Shown here: in pieces, positions 24,822 to 33,699 of the stretch
How positions within the stretch are numbered: the stretch's first letter is position 1
Layout of the letters: the number at the start of each line of letters is the position of its first letter
DNA from: Bifidobacteriaceae bacterium
GTDB lineage: Bacteria > Actinomycetota > Actinomycetes > Actinomycetales > WQXJ01
Assembly (NCBI GenBank): GCA_031257375.1
Contig: JAIROU010000281.1
Location: 1 to 38,198, forward strand
Direction of reading: 5' to 3'
DNA length: 38,198 bases
Notes under the pieces: generated by a model
The model's input: the letters and a program-made list of their open reading frames with translations, nothing else
Told to the model about the DNA's origin: nothing
Databases searched by the model: none
Made by a program: the position numbers and the translations under genes

Positions 24822-25994
24822 ATGAACACCCCGCCAACCGCTCGCCAACCCCGCCCCGCCCGCGCCCGCCCCGCCCGCGCCCGTCTCGGCCGAGTCCCCG
24901 CCGCCGCGCTCGGCGCCGCTCTGGCCCTGGCCGCCGTCTCGGCCTGCGGCGACGGCGTCTCCGAGGTGCCCGAGCCGCCCGCCTCGCCCGGCGGGGCCGC
25001 CTCCTTCCAGGCGGCGACCTCCGGCGAGCTGACGGTCTACACCTGGTCAGACTATTTCCCGGTCGAACTGGCGGCCGAGTTCGAGGACCAGACCGGCATC
25101 AGGGTGACCTTGGACTATTACGAGAACAACGAGGCCATGATGACCAAGCTGGAGGCCTCCGGCGGGGGCGGCTACGACATCGTGGTGCCCTCCGACTACG
25201 CCGTCGACCTGATGGTCGACCGCGGCCAGCTGATGCAGATCAACGCCCTCGACCTGCCCAACGGGCAGAACATCGCGGCCGACTTCCGCGACGTCCATTA
25301 CGACCCGGGCCGGTTGTACTCGGCCCCGTACCTGTACGGGACGACCGGCTACGCCTACGACGCCTCGCTGCTGGCCGAGGGTCAGGACCCGCCGGCCTCC
25401 TGGATGGACTACTTCACCGTCGGCGAGCCCTTCGCCGGGAAGGTCGGGATCATGAACGACCAGTTCGAGTCGGTCAACGCGGCCCTCAGGGCGGTCGGCG
25501 CCGAGCCCTGCACCGACAACCCCGAAGAGCTCCAGGCCGCCTCCGACCTGCTGGCCTCGTTCAAGGACAAGGTTTTGACGATCAGTTCGGACGGGATCCT
25601 CGACCGGCTCGGCACCGGCGACAACTCGATGGCGATGATCTGGAACGGGGCCTCGCACCGGGCCACGCTGACCAACCCGGACGTGGTCTACGTCTACGCC
25701 GCCGAGGGCGTCGGCTCCTTCCAGGACAACTGGGCCGTGACCGCCGGCGCCAAGAACGTCGACCAGGCCTTGACCTTCATAAACTGGATGCTAGATCCGG
25801 TCAACGCCGCCGTCGCGGCCAACTACCAGGGCTACAACGCCGCCATCGACGGGGTCAGCGAGTTGCTGGAGCCAGAGCTGCGGGCCAACCCGGCGATCGT
25901 GCCGCCGGCCGGCGCCAAGATCGACCTGGTGCCGACCTGCTCGACCGATGTGACGAACAAATACACCCAGATTTGGGAGACGTTCAAGGGCTGA
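24822..25994 (+). CDS. potD: polyamine-type ABC substrate-binding lipoprotein (PotD/PotF-like), copy 2
   Basis: 390 aa with GAAGGAG RBS and lipobox VSAC. Collinear paralog of copy 1 (YTWSDYFP, GYDIVVPSDY, MIWNGA). Confidence 0.85.
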   Translation: MNTPPTARQPRPARARPARARLGRVPAAALGAALALAAVSACGDGVSEVPEPPASPGGAASFQAATSGELTVYTWSDYFPVELAAEFEDQTGIRVTLDYYENNEAMMTKLEASGGGGYDIVVPSDYAVDLMVDRGQLMQINALDLPNGQNIAADFRDVHYDPGRLYSAPYLYGTTGYAYDASLLAEGQDPPASWMDYFTVGEPFAGKVGIMNDQFESVNAALRAVGAEPCTDNPEELQAASDLLASFKDKVLTISSDGILDRLGTGDNSMAMIWNGASHRATLTNPDVVYVYAAEGVGSFQDNWAVTAGAKNVDQALTFINWMLDPVNAAVAANYQGYNAAIDGVSELLEPELRANPAIVPPAGAKIDLVPTCSTDVTNKYTQIWETFKG

Positions 25995-26015
25995 GGCCCG
26001 CTGGGAGGCATTGAC

Positions 26016-27677
26016 ATGGGCGGAACAGGCGGGGCGGCCGGCGCTTTGGGTGACGGCGCGGCATCGGGCAAGAAGGCCGCCGATGCCGTCTTGGTCGGCG
26101 GGCGCGTCTGGGTCGGCCCCGGCGCCCAGACGACGGCCCTAGCTGTTCGCGACGGGGCGGTGGTGGCGCACGGCCCGGCGGCGCAGGCGCAGGCGGGGCG
26201 GGCCGCACAGGTGATCGACCTGGAGGGCGGGCTGGTGGCGCCGGGCTTCGGCGACGGCCACTGCCACCCGGTCTTCGGCGGCCTGGAGACCCAGGGGCCG
26301 TCGATCGCCGGGGCGGGCAGCGTCGAGCAGATCGCGGCGGCGGTCCGGAGCTACGCCCGCGACCACCCCGGCGAGCGCTGGATCGTCGGCGCCAGCTACG
26401 ACCCGGCCCTGCGGCCGGACGGCGCCTTCGACGCCGCCTGGCTGGACGAGGCCGTCCCGGACCGGCCCGTCCTGCTGCGGGCCAACGATTACCACACCGT
26501 CTGGGCCAACAGCGCCGCCCTGGCCGAGGCTGGCGTCACCGCCGGCACGCCCGATCCGCCGCTCGGCCGGATCGACCGGCGCCCGGACGGCCGCCCTCTC
26601 GGCACCTTGCGCGAATGGGACGCCTGCGACCTGGTGCTGCGGGCGGCGCCGGAACGCTCGCCGGTGGTCCTCAGGCGGGCGCTGGCCGAGGCCTGCCGGC
26701 GTCAGAACCTGGTCGGCGTGACCTGGATGCAGGACGCCTGGGTCGATGCGGGCGGGCACCGGCCGTACCTGGAACTGCTCGAGCGCGACGCCTTGACGGT
26801 GCGCTCGAACCTGGGGTTGCGGGCCGACCCGGCCCGGTGGCGCGACCAGGTGGCGGAGTTCGGACTGATCAGGGCCGAGGTCGAGGCGGCCGGGCGGCCG
26901 GACTTGCTGACCTGCCGGACGGTCAAGTTCTTCGCCGACGGGGTGATCGAGTCCGGCACCGGGGCGATGCTGGAGCCGTATGTCGGCACCACCGACCGGG
27001 GCATGGCGGTGTGGCGGGCGTCCGATCTGTCGGCGGCTGTGACGGCCTTCGACGCGGCCGGGTTCCAATGCCACCTGCACGCCATCGGCGACGCCGCCGT
27101 CCGCGACGCCCTCGACGCCGTCGGGGCGGCCGTCCGGGCCAACCCGGCCTGGGACCGGCGGCCGGTGATCGCGCACGTCCAAGTGGTCGACCCGGACGAC
27201 TTGGGGCGCTTCGCCGCCCTCGGCGTGGTGGCCAACTTCGAGTCCTACTGGTCGCAGTGCGACCCCCTGCAAAATGTGCTGACCAGCCCGCGCCTCGGCC
27301 CGGCGCGGGCGGCGCTCCAATACCCGGCCGCCAGCCTGGTCCGCTCCGGGGCCACCATCTCGCACGGCTCGGACTGGCCGGTGTCAACCAACGACCCGTT
27401 GGAGGCTTTGCGGGTGGCGGTCACCCGCCTGAACGACCACGGCCGGCCGGCCGGCGGCTGGATCCCCGCCGAGCGGCTGACCGTCGAACAAGCCCTGGCG
27501 GCGGCCACCGCCGGGGCCGCCTTCCAAGGTTGGACCGATTCTTTCCGGGGCACCTTGGACCTGGGCAAACAAGCCGACCTGGTGATCTACGACCGGGACT
27601 GGCTGGACCTGGACCCGGCCGGTCTGCGCGGCCTGACCCCCCGCGCCACCTGGCTGTCCGGCCGCCCGGTCCCCTGA
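26016..27677 (+). CDS. metal-dependent amidohydrolase (Amidohydro_3 / YtcJ-like)
   Basis: 553 aa with GGGAGG RBS. GFGDGHCHPVFGG metal-binding motif near the N-terminus, HLHAIGD mid-protein, HGSDWPV near the C-terminus. Confidence 0.8.
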   Translation: MGGTGGAAGALGDGAASGKKAADAVLVGGRVWVGPGAQTTALAVRDGAVVAHGPAAQAQAGRAAQVIDLEGGLVAPGFGDGHCHPVFGGLETQGPSIAGAGSVEQIAAAVRSYARDHPGERWIVGASYDPALRPDGAFDAAWLDEAVPDRPVLLRANDYHTVWANSAALAEAGVTAGTPDPPLGRIDRRPDGRPLGTLREWDACDLVLRAAPERSPVVLRRALAEACRRQNLVGVTWMQDAWVDAGGHRPYLELLERDALTVRSNLGLRADPARWRDQVAEFGLIRAEVEAAGRPDLLTCRTVKFFADGVIESGTGAMLEPYVGTTDRGMAVWRASDLSAAVTAFDAAGFQCHLHAIGDAAVRDALDAVGAAVRANPAWDRRPVIAHVQVVDPDDLGRFAALGVVANFESYWSQCDPLQNVLTSPRLGPARAALQYPAASLVRSGATISHGSDWPVSTNDPLEALRVAVTRLNDHGRPAGGWIPAERLTVEQALAAATAGAAFQGWTDSFRGTLDLGKQADLVIYDRDWLDLDPAGLRGLTPRATWLSGRPVP

Positions 27678-27734
27678 ACCCCTGGGGCGCCGCTCAAAGC
27701 TGGGCTGAAAGCTGGGATTGGGCCGTGTTTTGGC

Positions 27735-27763
27735 GGCGGCCCCGGGTGAGGCCCAGGGCCGCC
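27735..27763. terminator. GC-rich stem-loop between convergent operons
   Basis: ggcggccc (27735..27742) pairs with gggccgcc (27756..27763). It lies between the amidohydrolase stop (27677) and the S9 peptidase stop (27765). The U-tracts are weak. Confidence 0.3.
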
Positions 27764-27764
27764 T

Positions 27765-29840
27765 TCAGCCCGGTCCGGGTGCGGTCCCGAGCAGGGCCGG
27801 GTAGGTTGCGGCGGCGCCCAGGACGTGTTCAGCGAGAAACGCCGTGACCACTTGGTACCAGATTCTGGCGTTTTGCGGGGCCAGGATCCAATGGTTCTCG
27901 TCCGGGAAATAGAGGAAGCGGTGCGGCGTGGCGCCATCGGGTCCGGCCGCCAAGGCCGATTCAGACAGCAGTTGGTACCACTCCGACAGGCTTTGCTCCA
28001 GGGGCACGCGGTAATCCTTGTTGCCGTGGATCACCAGCATGGGGGTCGTGACCTGGGCGACTGAGGCGCCCGGCGAGTTGGCCGCCGCCATCTCGGGGGT
28101 CATCTCCTGGGCCCAGAAGAAGGCCGCGTCCGTGGATGACCCGAACGAGTCGAGGTTCCACAGGCCGGCGTGCGCCACGATGGCTCGGAACCGGTCGGTG
28201 TGCCCGGCCACCCAGTTGGCCATGTAGCCGCCGAAGGATCCGCCCATGGCCGCCGTCCGCTGGGCGTCGATGTCCGGGCGCGCCGCCAAGGCGTCCGCCA
28301 CCGCCATCAGATCGCGGAAGGGCGCCCCGCCCCAGTCGCCCCAGCCGCGACCGACGAAGGCGCGGCCGTAGCCGGTCGACAGGGCTGGGTCCGGCAAGGC
28401 CACGGCATAGCCTAGGGCCGTCATGATCCACGGGTTCCAGCGCCACGACCAGCCATTCCAGGACAGGACCGGGCCGCCGTGGATCCACAGCAGGGCTGGC
28501 GCGGGCGCCTCGGGGCCAGCCCCGGCGGGCAGCGCCAACCAGCTGTGGACCGCCGCGCCGTCAGCGGTTTGGACGACGAACTCGTCCAATCGGCCGGGCA
28601 GGGCGGGCCTGGGCGCTGGACCTGGGAGCGGTTCGGCCGAGACCGGCTCGCCCAGTGACCGGAAGAGGCCCAAATCGACGCGCGCGACCTCCGGCGGCTC
28701 GGTCCACGTCGACCGCAGCGCGTAGCAGGCCGAGCCGTCCGGGGCGACCGCCAGATCGCTGAAGGCGGCGGCGTCGGCGGTCACGCGCGACGGTTGGCCG
28801 CCGTCCAAGGGGACCCAGAACACCGGCGCCCGGCCTTGGTCGTCGGCCACCGCCAACAGCCCGTCGCCGGACGGCAGCCAGGCGATCTGGCGCGGCCAGC
28901 GGTCCCATTCGGCCGCCAGCCGCCGCGCCCCCGAACCATCGGCGGCGGCCACCCACAAGTGCACGTCGGTCGGCTGGTCGGGGCTGGTGTCGGCGGCCGT
29001 GACGTAGGCCAGCCGCGCGCCATCGGGCGAGAAGGCGACCTCTGTCACGTCCGCCCCCGGGACCTCGACCATCGCCTCAGTCCGCCCGCCGGCCAGGTCG
29101 ATCACCGCCGCGATCCGCCGCACCCGGCCTTTGGCCTGCCCGATCACCCAGATGGCGGCCAGTTTCGAGCCGTCCGGGCTGAGGTCTGCGACTGGCTCGG
29201 GCGGGGCCGTCCCGGTTGGCGGCGTGATGTCCCGCCAGGGCTCACCCTCGGCCAGGGCGAACAGGCGCCGGGTGGCCGGCCCCAGGTCCGCGTCCCAGAA
29301 ACGGACCGGGTAGGCGCTGTGCAAGATGGCGCCGACCCGGGCTTTGCGGCGGGCCGCCTGGGCGGCGTCGTCGGCCTCCAAATCGGCCGACGCGGGCAAG
29401 ACCGGCGTGCCGAACACCGCCACCGGCGCGCGCCGCGCCGTCCACACCACGTCGATCCCGGCGGCGCGGCGGGCCAGCGGACGGGCCTCGCCGACGGGCG
29501 GCAACAGCCACAGGCCGCAGGCCGCGGGCTCGTCTTTGGGGGCGGCCGGGTCGGGCCGCCGGGAGGCGAACAGCAGGTCGCCGTTGGCCGCGAAGGCGGC
29601 CGATGCCGTGCCCGCGGCCGGCGTCGTGAGTCGCCGGGCCGGGCTCGCGCCGGTGGGGTCGACCTCCCACAGCGCGCTGACGTAGCCGTCTTGGTCGGGG
29701 TTCACCGTCGCCACCCCCACGATCAGGCGGGCGCCGTCGGGGGAAAGGGTCAGGCCGCTCAGGCGCGGCCAGGCGACATAGGTTTCGAGGTCGTGGAACG
29801 GGGTGGCGGGCGCGTCCGCGCCGGGTGGGGTGTCAGTCAT
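27765..29840 (-). CDS. S9 family serine peptidase (prolyl oligopeptidase / acylaminoacyl-peptidase-like)
   Basis: 691 aa. An N-terminal beta-propeller-like region is followed by a C-terminal alpha/beta hydrolase domain with the nucleophile elbow GGSFGGYM and a downstream HGNKDYRVP block. Confidence 0.85.
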   Translation of the reverse strand: MTDTPPGADAPATPFHDLETYVAWPRLSGLTLSPDGARLIVGVATVNPDQDGYVSALWEVDPTGASPARRLTTPAAGTASAAFAANGDLLFASRRPDPAAPKDEPAACGLWLLPPVGEARPLARRAAGIDVVWTARRAPVAVFGTPVLPASADLEADDAAQAARRKARVGAILHSAYPVRFWDADLGPATRRLFALAEGEPWRDITPPTGTAPPEPVADLSPDGSKLAAIWVIGQAKGRVRRIAAVIDLAGGRTEAMVEVPGADVTEVAFSPDGARLAYVTAADTSPDQPTDVHLWVAAADGSGARRLAAEWDRWPRQIAWLPSGDGLLAVADDQGRAPVFWVPLDGGQPSRVTADAAAFSDLAVAPDGSACYALRSTWTEPPEVARVDLGLFRSLGEPVSAEPLPGPAPRPALPGRLDEFVVQTADGAAVHSWLALPAGAGPEAPAPALLWIHGGPVLSWNGWSWRWNPWIMTALGYAVALPDPALSTGYGRAFVGRGWGDWGGAPFRDLMAVADALAARPDIDAQRTAAMGGSFGGYMANWVAGHTDRFRAIVAHAGLWNLDSFGSSTDAAFFWAQEMTPEMAAANSPGASVAQVTTPMLVIHGNKDYRVPLEQSLSEWYQLLSESALAAGPDGATPHRFLYFPDENHWILAPQNARIWYQVVTAFLAEHVLGAAATYPALLGTAPGPG

Positions 29841-30655
29841 CCCTCTTGTCTACCACGTCCGGCGGCGGGGACGGCTTGCGCCCAGGCCGCCAGGGCTTGG
29901 CGGGCGTGGGGGGCCAGGACCGGGAAGGCGGCCTGGGCCGCCTTGAACAGGTCTTCGCCGGGGTGGTGGCGGTGCCAGTCGGATCGGATTTGGCCGGATT
30001 GCCACCAGGCCCCCAGTTCGTCCGGGCCGACCTCGATGTGGAACTGCACGCCCAGGGCGCTGCCCAGGCGGAAGGCCTGGCACCGGGAGAAGCCATTGCC
30101 GGCCAGGACGGCCGCGCCGGGCGGGGCGAGGGCGTTGTCGCCGTGCCATTCCAGGACCGGGGTGGAGGCGAAGTGTCCCAGCACCGGGTCGACCCGGCCC
30201 GGGCCGGTCAACTCGAGGCTGGCGAAGCCGATCTCGAAGCCCTCGGCGTGGACCACCCGGCCGCCCAGGGCCTCGGCCAGCAGTTGGTGGCCCAGGCAGA
30301 TGCCGAGTGTCGGCACCTGGGCCTGGACGGCGGCCCGGATCAGCGCCTTCTCGGCCGTCAGGCCGGGAAACTGGGCCGTCTGGTCGGTGTTCATGAACCC
30401 GCCCATCACCACCAGCGCCGCCAGGCTGGCGGCGGGCGGCAACTCGGGCCGGGCCTGGCGGACCACATTGCGCCGCTCGACGGCCAGCCCGGCCTCGGCC
30501 AACGCCGCGCCGACCAGGCCGGGCGAGACGTCGCGATCATGCTCCAAGACCAAGGCGCGGCCGGCGCCCGGCTGGCCCGGCCGACCCGGCGGCGCCGGCG
30601 GAACTGGCGGCATAGACGGCATCGGCCGCCGCCTACGAGTCAAAGCCCAGTCCAA
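29837..30655 (-). CDS. class I glutamine amidotransferase-like hydrolase (GATase1; PuuD/GuaA-N-like)
   Basis: Cys nucleophile in LGICLGHQLL and a His/Glu pair in VQFHIEV. The stop overlaps the S9 peptidase start (ATGA at 29837..29840). The start is uncertain (30655, 30622 or 30613); the longest form overlaps the upstream gene by 23 nt. Confidence 0.78.
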   Translation of the reverse strand: MDWALTRRRRPMPSMPPVPPAPPGRPGQPGAGRALVLEHDRDVSPGLVGAALAEAGLAVERRNVVRQARPELPPAASLAALVVMGGFMNTDQTAQFPGLTAEKALIRAAVQAQVPTLGICLGHQLLAEALGGRVVHAEGFEIGFASLELTGPGRVDPVLGHFASTPVLEWHGDNALAPPGAAVLAGNGFSRCQAFRLGSALGVQFHIEVGPDELGAWWQSGQIRSDWHRHHPGEDLFKAAQAAFPVLAPHARQALAAWAQAVPAAGRGRQEG

Positions 30656-32099
30656 CGGCGTCGAGCCCGCGCAACCACAGCCCGCGCCGGCCCTGGTTGT
30701 GGTCGGCCCGATCGATCGCCCAGCGGGTGGCCTGGATGCCGATGGTGGCGAACGGCTCCGGCGGGAAGGGCAGCGGCAGCTCGCGGACCATGCGCAGCCG
30801 GGTGGCCTCCGAGTCGATCCCGCCCAGCCGGTCCAACATGACCTTGGCGGCGAAGCGCGAGGCGCCCACCCCCAGGCCGGTGAACCCGGCGGCGTAGGCC
30901 ACCCGGCCGGAGTAGGCCCGGCCGAAGAAGGCGTTGAAGCGGGTCGATGTGTCGATCGCGCCGGACCAGCGGTGGGTGAACTTGACGTCCTCCAGGTAAG
31001 GGAAGCTGATCAGGAAATGCCGGGCCAGTTTGGCCCAGGTCTGGGGCCGGATCTCCTGGCGCGGGCGGACCCGGCGGCCGGGGTGGTAGACGGCGTCGTA
31101 GCCGCCCCACAAAATGCGGCCGTCGCGGCTGAGCCGGTAGTAATGGAACAGGGAGGACAAGTCGGACACGCCCTGGCGCCCGCGCCAGCCCAGTTCGGCC
31201 AGCTGGCCGTCCGTCAGCGGCTCGGTCATCAGGGCGTAGTCGTAGACCGGCACGGTGTGCCAGCGGTAGCGGGCCAGCAGCGACGGGAAGACGTTGGTCG
31301 CCAAGACGACCTGTTCGGCCAGGACGGCGGCGCGGTCGGTGGCCAGCCGCAGGGTCGGGTCGAGCCCGCGCCCGCCGGCCAGGGAGCGCACGGCCGTGTG
31401 CTCGAAGATGTCGACCCCCGCCTCGGCGCAGGCCCGCGCCAGGCCGAAGGCCAGTTTGGCGGGGTGGACCAGGGCGTTGCCGCGTTTGTCCCAGGTCGCC
31501 GCCAGGTAGGTGGGGGAGTTGATCTGGGCTCGGATTTCGGCTTCGTCCAGGTAGGCCACAGCCTCATCGGCGGCGCTGCCCGGGCCGCCCAAGTTGCCCG
31601 ATGCCGCTCGGAGCGTCAGGATTTCCTCGGCCTGATACGTCTCGGTCGCCACGTTCAGCGCGCCGGTGCGCTCGAAGTCGCAGTCGATGCCGAGTTCGGC
31701 CACGGCCTGCTCGATCTGGTCCAGATTGGCCAGACCGAGGCGTTCCAGCTGGTCGTACTCGTCCGGCCAGCGGGCGCGGCCGTTGTCCTGGCCGTGGGTC
31801 AGGCTGGCCTCCACGAAACCGCCGTTCCGCCCCGACGCCGCCCAGCCGATCGTCTGCGCCTCCAGCAGCGCCACCCGCAGGCCGGGGTCGCGCCGCTTGG
31901 CCTCCAAGGCGCTCCACAGGCCGGTGTAACCGCCGCCCACCACCACCAGGTCGTACCTGGCCGGGCGGGTCAAACCGGGGCCGAAATCGGGGGCCGAGCG
32001 GGCGGCATCGTCCAACCAATAGGGCCGGAAAACGGCCCGGCCGAGCGTCCGCTCGACCTTGGCGGCGGGCACGTCGGCATCGAAAACTAGGCGCGGCAC
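30633..32099 (-). CDS. FAD-dependent oxidoreductase (DAO family; PuuB-like amine oxidoreductase)
   Basis: 488 aa with dinucleotide-binding motif DLVVVGGGYTGLWSALEA. DAO-family length and layout. Confidence 0.82.
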   Translation of the reverse strand: MPRLVFDADVPAAKVERTLGRAVFRPYWLDDAARSAPDFGPGLTRPARYDLVVVGGGYTGLWSALEAKRRDPGLRVALLEAQTIGWAASGRNGGFVEASLTHGQDNGRARWPDEYDQLERLGLANLDQIEQAVAELGIDCDFERTGALNVATETYQAEEILTLRAASGNLGGPGSAADEAVAYLDEAEIRAQINSPTYLAATWDKRGNALVHPAKLAFGLARACAEAGVDIFEHTAVRSLAGGRGLDPTLRLATDRAAVLAEQVVLATNVFPSLLARYRWHTVPVYDYALMTEPLTDGQLAELGWRGRQGVSDLSSLFHYYRLSRDGRILWGGYDAVYHPGRRVRPRQEIRPQTWAKLARHFLISFPYLEDVKFTHRWSGAIDTSTRFNAFFGRAYSGRVAYAAGFTGLGVGASRFAAKVMLDRLGGIDSEATRLRMVRELPLPFPPEPFATIGIQATRWAIDRADHNQGRRGLWLRGLDAVGLGFDS

Positions 32100-32179
32100 T
32101 GGGGGACCTCACTGTTCTTTCGGGGTTGGCCGGGCCGGCTGGGCCGGCTGGGCTGGGTGACGGCGGGCATGGCGGGCGG

Positions 32180-33571
32180 TCAGGCGGCGACCTGGTCGAG
32201 CACGCCCGCCAAGATGTCCAGGCCGGCGCGGGCCTCGGCGGGCGTGATGACGCAGGGCGGGGCGACGTGGACGCGGTTCTCGGCCGTGAACGGCATCAGG
32301 CCGCGCTCCAGGCAGAGGCGTTTGACCTCGGCCATGGCCGGGGCGCCGAGGGGCTGGCGGGTGTCTTTGTCGGCCACCAGTTCCAGCGCCCAAAAGACGC
32401 CGATGCCGCGCGCCTCGCCGCCGAACCGGGCCTCGGCCGCGATCTGGGCCAGGCCCGGACCCAGGACCTCCGCCCCGACGCGGGCGGCGTTCTCGACCAC
32501 CGCCTCGTCCTCCATGGCGGCGATGGTGGCGGCGATGGCGGCCATGGCGAGGGGGTGGCCGGAATAGGTCAGGCCGCCGGGGAAGACCCGCTCGTCGAAA
32601 CCGGCGGCGATGTCCTGGCTGATGGCGACCCCGCCGGCGGGCACGTAGCCGGAGTTGACGCCCTTGGCGAAGGTCATCAGGTCCGGCTTGACGCCCCAGT
32701 GGTCGAGGGCGAACCAGGCGCCGGTGCGGCCGAACCCGGCCATGACCTCGTCCAGGATCAGGACTAGGCCGTAACGGTCCGCGATCTGGCGGACGCCTGC
32801 CAGATAGCCGGGCGGGGGCACCAGCACGCCGGCCGTGCCGGGGATGGTCTCGATCAAGATGGCGGCGACGGTGGCCGGGCCTTCGGCTTGGATGGTCCGC
32901 TCCAAGAACCGCAGCGCCCGCTCGGATTCTTGTTCGGGGCTGGTCGCCCAGTACTCCGAGCGGTACAGGTACGGGCCGAAGACGTGCCGGTGGCCGCAGG
33001 CGAACTCGTTCGCCACCCGCCGCCAATCGCCGGTGGCGTTGATGGCCGCGCCGGTGTTGCCGTGGTACGAGCGGTAGAAGGAGATGACCTTGTCGCGGCC
33101 GGTGTGCAGGCGGGCCAGGCGGATGGCGTTCTCGACCGCGTCGGCACCGGCGTTGGTGAAGAAGATCTTGGTCAGCCCGGGCGGGGTGTGCCGCAAGATG
33201 GCCGCGGCCGCCTCGGCGCGGGCCTGGTTAGCCGTTGCCGGCGAAATGGTGGCGAGGGTCTCGGCCTGGGCCTTGATCGCCTCCACGACGCGCGGGTGCT
33301 GGTAGCCGATGTTGGCGTTGACCAGCTGGCTGGAAAAATCGATCCAGGTCTGCCCGGCGTGGTTCCAGAGCGTCGATCCCCGCCCGCCCGCCACCACCAG
33401 TTCGGGCAGGTGCGCCTGGGCCGACCAAGAATGGAAGACCAGCCGATGATCGGCGGCCACGATCTCGGCGTCGAGCCTGGCGCCGTCGGCTGGCCGGTCG
33501 GGGGGAGCGGCGGCATCGGCGGGGGCTTCGGAATCTGGGGGCGCCACGGCTGCGGCGCGGGGCTGGGTCAT
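32180..33571 (-). CDS. class III PLP-dependent aminotransferase (omega-amine / putrescine-type)
   Basis: Start placed at the ATG at 33571 (AAGGAAAG RBS); the longer track ORF adds R/P-rich text. Motifs LILDEVMAGFGRTG and the PLP-lysine context MTFAKGVNSGY. Confidence 0.88.
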   Translation of the reverse strand: MTQPRAAAVAPPDSEAPADAAAPPDRPADGARLDAEIVAADHRLVFHSWSAQAHLPELVVAGGRGSTLWNHAGQTWIDFSSQLVNANIGYQHPRVVEAIKAQAETLATISPATANQARAEAAAAILRHTPPGLTKIFFTNAGADAVENAIRLARLHTGRDKVISFYRSYHGNTGAAINATGDWRRVANEFACGHRHVFGPYLYRSEYWATSPEQESERALRFLERTIQAEGPATVAAILIETIPGTAGVLVPPPGYLAGVRQIADRYGLVLILDEVMAGFGRTGAWFALDHWGVKPDLMTFAKGVNSGYVPAGGVAISQDIAAGFDERVFPGGLTYSGHPLAMAAIAATIAAMEDEAVVENAARVGAEVLGPGLAQIAAEARFGGEARGIGVFWALELVADKDTRQPLGAPAMAEVKRLCLERGLMPFTAENRVHVAPPCVITPAEARAGLDILAGVLDQVAA

Positions 33572-33699
33572 GCGTGTCTTTCCTTGGCTGGGACTTGCGG
33601 CAACGGGGATGACCCAACTATGGACCGGCCGGATTGCCAAGCTGTTACAGCCTGGCCCCGCCGCTGGCCAGGCCCTCGCGGTGGATCGCGCACAGCCCG

